Assembly: GCA_002189035.1 (NCBI GenBank) | Contig: NEEC01000029.1 | Coordinates: 310,001-374,000 of the forward strand | Reading direction: 5' to 3' | From: Utricularia gibba | Lineage: Eukaryota; Plantae; Magnoliophyta | Length of the DNA stretch: 64,000 nt | The notes under the pieces: generated by a model | Databases searched by the model: none | Told to the model about the DNA's origin: nothing | Seen by the model: the letters and a program-made list of their open reading frames with translations, nothing else | Shown: positions 26,766 to 36,495 of the stretch, in pieces | How the letters are laid out: every line of letters starts with the position of its first letter | Position numbering within the stretch: position 1 is the first letter of the stretch | Made by a program: the position numbers and the translations under genes

Positions 26766-27620
26766 TGCATGTCAAGCAATTAATTGTTCATCTGAACATC
26801 TCTTTGAAACCCAAGCTTAATAACGATACAATGTATTTGCTTCCCCTGCATTCTGCAACTCTCCTCAGTGCCACTATTTACAAGAAATGAACAAACATCT
26901 AATACACACGCTTAGCAATGAAACACGATCCACTAACCAGGCCTTGTGCATAAACATATCCAGTGCTTCATCCACACGACCAGTCTCGAATAGCCATTCT
27001 ATCAATGCAGTAAAAGATATCTGGTTATGTTCAGGTAGCCTCTCATGAATAACAAATGCATCTTCGATGTATCCACACTTGGTATACAACCCCATCACAG
27101 CATTCCCAACATACAAATTTTCATCAAGCCCAAGTTTTGTAGCAACCCCATGGCATTCATTCCCTGCCGCAATCAAAATCGCCCATGCTCCCACAAACAC
27201 TCACAACACTGGCCAACGTGAAGTGTGTCGGTATAAAACCATCTAATCTCATGGTTTCCAAGGCTTTATCTTTAAAACCACTTTTTGAGAACATACCTAT
27301 TAGCAAGTTCCACGAAACCTCATTCCTTTCTGGCATTTGTTCGAATACCCTGTAGGCACCAGCCACGTCATTTGACTTGCTGCAAGAATCTATGCGTGGT
27401 AAGAGAATATGTTTTTTGTAGGCATTTGGTCGAACAGATAGTGTGCGCCAACGCTGAAACCGCATTTGAAGTACAAATGAATCAAACGGTTCACTAGGAA
27501 AGTGTTGGAAAGCTGACTTGTACGGTGAATGTGCGCCTGAATCAACTTCCCTGCCTTAAGGAGTTTATTGTTTATGCATATCTGCAGCAAGTTCGCCAAA
27601 CTAGAAGCATTCTTGTGCAT
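26766..27620 (-). pseudogene. Truncated PLS-class PPR gene (PCMP-E type)
   Basis: LANLLQIC..LFDQMPTKN..VFEQMPERNEVSWNLLI..PTHFTLASV..LYVGNAVMGLYTKCG..GKQIHCIVIKLGF. Disablements are not homopolymer-type (an apparent 4-nt loss, a 4-nt GAAT duplication, an in-frame stop), and the gene ends after a few repeats. Confidence 0.88.
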
Positions 27621-27740
27621 TTCTCACTCCGATACCGTCAAGAAGAACCACGGTTTAGCAATCTTAAAAAAGAAACCATTTATCCTGAACAGCGGTTTTA
27701 TCCATCGCGCTACCCGCGTGGCCATCGCCGTGACCTCGAA

Positions 27741-29847
27741 ATGCCTCACATCACGCGCATCTGCTCGCCAAGACCATCCTTACCAGGGTTTTCACCTACC
27801 TGTTCGTCGTCAAAATTGCAGTCTTTGGGATTTCCCTGCTATCCGTCGCTCTCATCTGTGGCATCATCAAGTGCTTCGGTGCGCAGTAATGGGTTCCGGT
27901 TTTTTTCTCAATCGCGGCCATTTGTATCAACAGGTTCTCCTTTTCATCATAAAATATGTGGCAATCTGACTCCTTTACGACAGCATTTCCGTTGTCTTAA
28001 CTTTTTTTCGTTTCTTTGTATTGTAGGTGAGATCGAGGAAGTTGGTGATCATCAAACGAAACTTGAGGCCCAGGGGCATGCACGCCTGGAAACTGCAGTC
28101 TCTTGTATTGTCCCAAGGCATCTGTCTTTATTCCAATGAGTTCTTTACAGGAAAACTTATGAAGATTTATTCCAAGTTTCATAAACTCTTGTATGTAATG
28201 ATTCTTGTGGGTAGTGCAAAGGTGGATCTTTGAGCTTGAAAACCCTGTCGTTTCATCTCACCCAGGATTTGTAAGTGGCATTTTTGGAGTTGTGATGGTT
28301 TTCACCTCATGCTGATTTTAGACTAATGTATCTTGTTGTAGGAGTTTTGCACTGTGGAGATGTTTCAACTTATCGTGCGGATGGGCGGACAAGGTGAGCC
28401 TTTGGGCTTGTTCTGCTTAAGGAACGCATTGTGAAGGCCATGCTCAGTGCCTGACCTTTGATGCCATTATGTTTGGTGCTACTGCTTCTTGCATAAATCT
28501 GGATTTTCCATCGCTGATCCATATGCTTAGATGAGATTTTTTTAACCTGTTTGTAGATATCTTTCGAAGATAGAGAACAACTACCTGGTAAGAAAAACCA
28601 TTCATCTCAACTGCTAGCGTTTGAGAGGGGAAGACTGGAACCTTTAGGGAATGAGGAAAGGCCGTCTTCTCTTTGCTGTTAGTATCAATTTGATGGATGC
28701 TGCGTAGTCTTTGGTTGTTGTTTCATGGAGAATGTTTCAGTTGCTTGCTTACTTTGCTGAAAGGAAGATATCTGAGGAAACACTGAGAAGAAACAATGTA
28801 ATGCAAGATGTTGGTGATGAGGTCAGTTTCCTTTCAACATCGAACTTCATTAGAAACAGGTACGGATCATGTTTGCAACTCATTAGCTGAGACTGCGTGT
28901 TTTTGTGGTATAGAAAATCATTGCCTTCACATATACACGAGAGGGGCTCCTTGTCGGCTGCAAATACCGAACAATCGCAAAGAGGTTTTGGCAGGCAAAG
29001 AACACTGAAAAGATATTCTATGGACTTGATGACATCAAAGAAGCTGATGAGATCATAATTGTAATGGCCATGATCAGTTGCTTCTAGTGAATACATCCCC
29101 TGTATAGTATCATCTTGAAGTTCGGTGCTCGTAGGGTGAAGGTGAATTGGACAAGCTTTCTGTCGAAGAAGCCGGTTTTCGCAACTGTGTCAGCGTTCCT
29201 GCCGGTGCACCACAAACAGTTTCACTCAAGGAACTGCCAGCAATGGAGAAGGTGAACCTTTACATCTTAAGCTGCAGCAAATCCTTCCATTTGTATTGAC
29301 TCATCGCTTCATTTCCAATTTGCAACAGGACTCCGGATTCCAGTACCTGTGGAACTGTGAGCGCTACTTCGATAAGGTTCTTTCCTGAACAAAACATCTG
29401 AATCAGAGCACTTGAAAATGAACAACCATTCTCATTCCATCTGTTACAGGCATCTCGAATTGTTCTAGCAGCCGATGGGGATCTTCCAGGGCGCTCTCTA
29501 GCACAGGAACTCAGCTGCCGCCTAGGGAAGGAGAGGTGGAACAACGCAATCTCTTTTCAGCCACTCCATCAAAATGGTCGCTATATCTTGTTGTGTTGAT
29601 CACTGCAGATGCTTCCTAGTCCAGTGGCCAAAAAGGGATTCTTCCAGTTCATTCAAAGATGCAAACGAGGTTAAAACTTTACTTAATTCTGCTTAATTTG
29701 GATTCACCAGCTGGATTGAAACAGCTGTTGGCCAACAGTGTTGTTCACTATGTCCTTCAATCACAGGTTCTGCAGTTTCTGGGCCCTGAAGCTTTGAGAG
29801 AAGCCATTCAAAAGGCAGAGCCATGCAACACCATCAGCAATGCTTAG
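27741..29847 (+). CDS. Organellar primase homolog (Twinkle N-terminal half: zinc finger + TOPRIM, no helicase domain)
   Basis: Ser/Arg-rich transit peptide; YCPK|CKGG..WRCFNLSCGW zinc finger; LEPLGNE; LLAYFAERKISEETL; LVGCKYR; FYGLDDI..EGELDKLSVEEAGFRNCVSVPAGAP; YLWNC; RIVLAADGD; WPK..KDANEVL; stop at 29847. Frameshift at G4 28073-28076; GA donor at 28656. Confidence 0.85.
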
Positions 29848-30027
29848 TATGCTGTCCGTAGTTGAACCATATCTACACTGGAGACTCTAGTGATCTCTAG
29901 AATACTGGAGCCGTAGGCAAACTATGCTATGTGATGACATCAACTCAACGAGTTTGAACGGAGAAATTGTTGTTCGTTTGATTCTAACTCATTTTAAATT
30001 TATAATTATTTGTGAATTGTGACATTG

Positions 30028-31528
30028 TTAGTCATCAGGTTGCTGATGCACTCTACAAAGGCTGCATGCAGACAGCCAAGCGGCTTGCAGGGGTTCATAA
30101 ACTATGTAATGGCACGAAGAAAATATGTTAAGCATCCAACAGCAGCACCAGAACACAAAGAATGCAAGCATACGCTCCCTTAAAAAAAGATTTTGCATAG
30201 GGGACCTTGGGTGGACTCCTCTACACTTTCTTTTTCTTCTTGTATATGTGGCCCAAGCTTCGTTCGTAACTTGGTATCGGGAAAGATTTTCAGCTCTCTC
30301 CTCTCCTGAGGGATGAGTTTCCAGGCAGTCTTTATAGCCTTTTGAACGTCCCCCAATCCTCTTATGTAATTTGGGAGCCGCTCGAGGATTGTAACCTGCT
30401 GACGCCATTAGCATGAGCCCTATATGATCTGCCTCCATCTCGTTCCTACAAACATCAAGAATGGGTCATTTACCCTCTTATCATGCAACCAAACAAGTTA
30501 CTTGTTGATGTAAAGGATCTCCCTATCTACTCCAACAATGTAGTAAAATAACCAACCTTCGGAGAAGTGGAAGATAAAACAACACAGAAGCCACTTCGAT
30601 GGCAAGTTTATTTTCAAGAAAGTAGTGTATAATGAACGACAACATCTCCTCGCCAAAGTGGCCAGCGAAGACATGCGCAACCTGCACATAAAAAATGTCT
30701 CATAATCCAACATGTAATTATATGACTAGAGAGCCAATATGTTTGTTTGTTTTTTACCTCATGTGCAAGAACAGTTGCAAGTTCAGCATCTGTCTGACAA
30801 CACTCAATTATACCGGTATGTATAAATATCTTACCATTGGCTAAACAATAAGCATTCACACAAAGATCATGAACCACAATAACTTCCCATGCCACCCCTT
30901 CCAAATTACCAACCTCAGTACTCTTACCCATTGATGCGTCTAGAATATCATCCTTGGTATCTCTCCCCATCGCCTTTCTTAAGTAGCTCAAAACGGGCAC
31001 CTCTCCCGCCTCGGGCAATTCATCAACCATGCGCTGTACCATGGCCCCAACACCCACACTGAGTGGATGAAGAGGAGACAAAATTCGGTCTCGGTATTGA
31101 TATTTTTTCCACTCAACCACAATGTCCGCGACCGTGCTGTGGAAACTACGAGGTAAAAGCCTATATTGGGTTCTATTGATATAAGGGGTAGTCACCACCT
31201 TCCCATGGCAGATGATCACGCATGAGACTGCGACAAACATGGCAACTACAACCAAAGTATCCCTAACAATGGGGAACCATCGGTTGGGCTTATGGACGTG
31301 ATTAAGATGTGTCTTACGGGTGTCGAAAAATCTCTTCCACCTACCAGCATCATGGCTCTGCCATAGACTTTTAATAGCCAGCATCCTAGTGTATCTGAAA
31401 ATCTGTCGCCCAATTGGGAGCACATTTGAAGAACTGGACAAGGGGTTCCACGGCCGACAACGGAGATAGAAAAATAGGTTTGCGGGTACAAAATTCAATC
31501 TTGCACGTATCATGTAAAAAGAAGCCAT
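30028..31528 (-). CDS. OMA1-like M48 zinc metallopeptidase, copy 2
   Basis: Paralog of 24542-25912; WEVIVV..VNAYCLANGKIFIHTG; LAHE|VAHVFAGH; EMEADHIG; LETHPSGEERA. The stop that aligns with copy 1 is at 30180-30182, but the frame as sequenced runs to 30028. Confidence 0.8.
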
Positions 31529-31736
31529 TGATGGTAATCTCTGGCTCTAGCTTTCGGTTTTCGTATGATGAAAAAGAGAGGGAATGATTGGTGGACGTCA
31601 CACTTTGAGCATGTGTAATATTTTAAGGGCCCAACCCACGTTCTTTCTTGTTGGGGCCCATTGAAGTGCAACGGCCCACCACCGTGACCTCGAAATGCCT
31701 CACATCACACGTCTCTGCCCGTCAAGACCATCATTT

Positions 31737-32042
31737 TATATGGTAGAATACATTGGTTTTCTTTGGATAGTAAATATACTCTACATGTTTCATAGACATG
31801 ATTTATTTAAATCCTTTTTAATATAAACCTATCATTTCCTAAGTTTGTGGGTTTTACTCAAACCCACTATATTGATGGATTTGAAAATATCCAGTCTTTA
31901 AATGATTGTTTTGAATAAATATCATTTTTATTTTCCATGTACTAAATATAATTTTCTTTTAAATCTAGTTAAATATAAACCCATCAAACATACCAAATAA
32001 CTTTAATCCAATTTATTCCTGTTCTATCTACCAAAGTGACCC
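31737..32042. mobile_element. AT-rich about 306-bp insertion, MITE-like (possible PIF/Harbinger Tourist type)
   Basis: Absent from the paralogous empty site ATCATTTAAATG at about 26100. Right end reverse-complements to GGGTCACTTTGGTAGA and is followed by TAA. Left end TATGGTAGA matches only part of it. Confidence 0.55.
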
Positions 32043-32045
32043 TAA

Positions 32046-32261
32046 ATGTACTTGAAACACCCACCATCATCATTATTGCGCCTTTTCAACGGGGTGAAAG
32101 ACACCGCCCTTTCTACCACCGACGCCATGACGCCCCAAGATATTGTTAAAATATTAGTGGTTCGATTTGATCCGAATCAACGCCCTCCCACTCCACCCTC
32201 TTTCCACAAAAATGAAGAACTATCCAGTTTTTTGTTGGGATTAGTTTCAATCTTGATATGA
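32046..32261 (+). CDS. Orphan 71-aa ORF (duplicated)
   Basis: ATG-initiated open frame MYLKHPPSSLLRLFNG..LLGLVSILI*. Homologous to 26109-26388. No family recognised. Confidence 0.25.
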   Translation: MYLKHPPSSLLRLFNGVKDTALSTTDAMTPQDIVKILVVRFDPNQRPPTPPSFHKNEELSSFLLGLVSILI

Positions 32262-32334
32262 TCATTTTATTTCTCTTGTTGACGGTGATATGATTTCTTA
32301 ATAAATGTGATGAATCTTGATGATGCGTATTTCT

Positions 32335-32545
32335 GCAGAGTTCATATCTCCTTGTTTTGCATGCATGTCAAGCAATGAATTGTTCACCTGAACATTTCTT
32401 TGAAACCCAAGCTTAATAACAATACAATGTATTTGCTTCCCCTGCATTCTGCAACTCTCCTCAATGCCACTATTTACAAGAAATGAACAAACATCTAATA
32501 CGCACGCTTAGCAGTGAAACACGATCCACTGACCAGGCCTTGATA
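32335..32545 (-). pseudogene. Second internal fragment of the same PPR gene
   Basis: 32361-32542 is near-identical to 26766-26945 and extends as LDMHAKQGDMNSAE. Confidence 0.85.
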
Positions 32546-32580
32546 ACCGTGAAGAAAAAAAAGTTATCTTCAGCTCTGAC

Positions 32581-33770
32581 ATTGTGGTACTGCAAAGCTC
32601 GGTTGAGATCACCAGATTCCATGAGCAGACCAGTAAGATTGGACCATGCAACAGCAAATGTGAATGTTATCCGAAGAGCTTCAGCATAGCAATGGTATGC
32701 CTTAACTCAAAAAAAGTGAAAAAGCTATATATAAATAACTTTGATAGCATGCCAAAACGGTCATTTTTTAAAATAAAAAAACAAGAACAAACAAAAAACA
32801 CAGGAGATAAATAGCATTAATCTAGGTGATGGAAATGAAGATGCACATATATACCTCTTGTAACAATTCTTGAGCTTTCATCAAATTTTCAAGATTACTA
32901 TGAGCAACAATCTAGACGGACAAAAATGAAGCAACATGAAACTTATGAAATGGGGCAATAATACTAAAGAATTCAGGAGGGATGTGAGAAAAAGTACTAA
33001 GCGAGGATTTATAGCAAGAGCTTGATGGCAACATTGAGCAGCTTCATTTAACCTTCCCGTACGCATGTAAGCACCAGGTAAATTAGACCACGCATCAGCA
33101 AAATTCGGCCGGAGCTGCATGTACAATAGGGACAGAATGAGAACATGTCGTATAAGTACAGATGGTCATTTCTGGTAGTGCAGGTAGTTTTGTTGTGTAC
33201 AGATATAATCAAATCTTTACAGTATTCGAAGAGCAGTAAACCAAAGTATCCTATCCAGCACATGCAACACATATCACAATCTTCCAGCAACAAAGAGTAG
33301 CAAGAAGACTATAATGAAAATGAAGTTTGTAATTTTCAGGTTCAGATGTCAAACCTCAATTGCAATCAAGTAATAACGAATGGCAAAATCAACATTCCTT
33401 TTCTCCTGCCAAGGTAAGTGGAAAATGCATCACAAGGTAGCTCCTTTTACTGCTGCACGAGTAGTAAATGAGAGAGCATACAATCATTGAATACCTTCAA
33501 TGTATTCGCCATATTTCCATAGCACTCGGCGAACTGTGGATCAATCCTAAGAGCTTCTTCATTTTTTGCTATGCACAAATGGAAGCCATGCAACTAACCA
33601 AGCCGTATATGGAAAGAATTCAATTTCAGCTGTATGCCGTAAATACAAGAGGGTTCAAAATTATCGAAGCAAGAAAGAGATACCTGATAATAAATTGCAC
33701 CCAACAAAGAGGAGGTTATCAGTACGGCTTGGGTTTCTATCATAAACTGTCTTGCTGTGTTCCAAGGCCT
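32581..33770 (-). pseudogene. SEC: Intron-containing N-terminal TPR fragment of SECRET AGENT O-GlcNAc transferase
   Basis: Exons read ALEHSKTVYDRNPSRTDNLL; CIAKNEEALRIDPQFAECYGNMAN; EKRNVDFAIRYYLIAIE; LRPNFADAWSNL..GRLNEAAQCC; AHSNLENLMKAQ; AWSNLTGLLMESGDLNRALQYH. No start exon and no catalytic domain; one +1 frameshift. Confidence 0.88.
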
Positions 33771-34252
33771 AAACCCAAAATCCCCCCAGTATTTTACAAG
33801 TTCCAGGTCGATGGAGCAGAAACGGATGGAACAAAATCAAGACCCCCCATCTTCCTCCAATGAATAAAAAGGAAGAATTCCGAGAGATACTCGTGAGTCC
33901 ATGACAGAATCGGTTTCGTGGGTTCCGCCGCTCGCTAATCAAGCGGCGAAAGGAAGTGAGATTTATTCGGAAGGGAATCGAAAGAATTCCCCTTTTCTCG
34001 GTCGTCGTCTCCTTCCCTCCTCCCAGCTTTGCTTCCCCTAGTAACCAGAGTGCGCAGAATCGGACAAAAATGAGATAAACGGATTTACATATTTATGTCA
34101 TCCCCGGATTTATAATTTCGACTGCCACAAAAAACTTGTACATTCCTTCCAATCGGAGGGATGAGATAAATGTGAAAGCTCTAGGTTTAGGCTGAGGCCG
34201 GAGTCCAAGCATCCCATCCATCCAGGTCCGAGGACGCACCTGAAATTCGATC

Positions 34253-34646
34253 ATGGCTGCTCCCATCCCCAGGCTGCTCCTCTGGGCAGCCTTCTTCTGC
34301 CTGGCTGCTGCTTCCACCCTCCCCTCTTTCTTTCCTCGTCAGGAGCTGTTGCTGCACCAACCTCCAATTCCATGGATGCATCAAGTAAGTTGGATCTGGA
34401 TCTAGATCGTCATCCTCCGGCTGATTATGGTCTGTTTTGGCAGTGGGCGAGAAGAGTGAACAAGCGGCAATTGGGAGGCCGGAGTTCTTCCATGTTGATC
34501 AGAGGAGAGGCGGCGGCGGGCGCCCCGGCGGAGGGTATCGAGGGAGGGCCTGCCCCTGCTGTGGTGCTGGTGCAACTCTAAGACGATTCTGCTTTTGCTG
34601 CCCGGGTGACTATGAAACCATAGCTGAAGCTGAGACCAAGACCTGA
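34253..34646 (+). CDS. Small secreted glycine/cysteine-rich protein (GRP/nodulin-24-like), 2 exons
   Basis: MAAPIPRLLLWAAFFCLAAASTL signal peptide; GTAAGT donor at 34385 and CAG acceptor at 34443; exon 2 RRGGGGRPGGGYRGRACPCCG..RFCFCCPGDYETIAEAETKT*. Needs one extra C in run 34321-34324. Confidence 0.7.
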
Positions 34647-34905
34647 CCGGGGAGCAGTCCTGACTCCCCTGTGCTGCTGCAAATAAAAATGCTTGCGCTG
34701 TTGTGTAATTTGATTCACCTGCGCGTGAAATCCATCTTCTATCTGGAGGGAGGAACAGGAACTGACTGTGAGCGGCTAAGCAAAATATCTAAATATAATA
34801 AATATATTAAATAGATATGAATATCTGGGAATAAATTTTATTTGGTAAATTGGGAGAAAAAGTGCACTGCAGCGAGCGGAGCCATTTGCGAGGAACGAGG
34901 GGGGC

Positions 34906-36180
34906 ATGGAGGAAAGCAAGGCAGCCATGGCGCAGCAGCAGCAGTTGATGCAGCAGCAGCTCATGCTTCACCACCAGCTGCAGCGGCGGCAGGATGCTAT
35001 GGCGCGTTTCCCCTCCAACATCGACGCGCATCTCCGTCCCCAGATGCCGCTTTTAGGTCACCGCCCCTCAACCCTAATTCCAATTCTCCACTCTTCGCTC
35101 CCAATCCCAACACCAACCCAACCCCAATCCCAATCCCAATCCTGTTTCTTCTGCCGCTGGTTCCGCCACACCGCCCACCGCCAACATTTCGTCTCAGCCT
35201 CAACAATCGCCTCACCACAAGGCCGCGCTTCAGTTGGCTTATCAGGATGCCTGGAGAGTATGCCACCCTGACTTCAAGCGCCCATTTTCCTCCTTAGAAG
35301 ACGCCTGCGAGAGGTTTTTTTTTTTTTTTTTTCTTTCCTTCTGTTTAATTACTACAGATTAGTCCGCTGTCGACTAGTGAGGAATGGGGAAATTCTGAAT
35401 TTCATGTGGAGCTTCTCGTGTTGGTTGCTTGATTTTAGATTTTCATGATAAAGAGGGAAGCGTTCGAATCGTGCGTCTAGTGGTCTCCTTTGCATATGGC
35501 ACCGCTTGTCGGAACGCTCCTTATTTATTTCCATCTGTTAAAGGTTGCTACCTTACCATGTGGTGGCGGACTACGAGGCAGAGGAAGATGACAAGATTCT
35601 TGATTCAGCCACAAATCGGCAAGTTCTTTCCCGTTCCCAGCAGTGGGACAACAATATTGCTGCCAAAGTAGCCGAGTTCACTGCTACATTCGAGAAGCAA
35701 GTTCTCGCATTCAACATCATTTCTCGTAAAAGATGCCTCGGGGAGTTCAGGACGGAGGAGAAGTTGATGATGGAGCAGTTTCTCTTGCAAGAAGAGAGAC
35801 AATCATTGCTGGCGTTGAGAGCAGAAATGGACTCAAGGCAAAAGTCTAACCAAGAGACTCACGAAGCAAATATGAGGATGGCTGCCATGGTTCGTGCAGA
35901 ATCGCAAGCTCATGCTGATATGATGTCCCGGGGCCCCATCCGAGGAAATGCTCTGGGTTCCCGAGGCGGCGGCTTGATGGGGTCCGACATGGGCGATCAG
36001 GATCAAGGCTTCCAGCAGGACGGCATCGTGAACGGATGGGGCAGCAACAGCAATGCGCATAATAAGGATGATAAGGAGCCATCAGATGACTTCCTGAACG
36101 ATGATGAGGCTGAAAATGGAGATGCAGTGTTGCAGAACGAGTGGCCTGAAGGGGGTGAATTGGATTTGAATGCAAGATAG
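34906..36180 (+). CDS. GLTSCR-domain SWI/SNF-associated protein (BRIP1/BRIP2-like)
   Basis: Poly-Q; RFPSNIDAHLRP; NPNPN linker; LAYQDAWRVCHPDFKRPFSSLEDACER|LLPYHVVADYEAEEDD..SQQWDNNIAAKVAEF; ELDLNAR*. Frameshifts at C4 runs 35064-35067 and 35122-35125. Confidence 0.88.
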
Positions 36181-36495
36181 TGCACTTGACGTTTCTTGCC
36201 GTTGGCATTACATTAGGAGAAAACAAAATCATCTTTCTGAAATTTCGAATGGCTTTAGGAATTTGCAATCTGGTCCCCCAACGCTAATGAAATTATCCAC
36301 TCTTGCCCAAAGCTATGGTTCGCTTGCAAAGGGAGCCCGTTTGTATATTTATTTAATGCACAAGAATGTTCCCGAGACTGAGGCTGGTCTGCGTGGCGAA
36401 CCAACGGCATATTTTGTGAGACGTGGATCGTTGCAGGGATTCTTGAAGCCGCGATCGGTTTTCTTCCTCGAGTGCTGCAGAAATCTCAAAGCTTG

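Noticed and set aside
29880-29905. CTCTAG-containing palindrome as a Helitron 3' end
   Set aside because: No GC-rich hairpin at the expected distance upstream, and no matching 5' TC end could be assigned.
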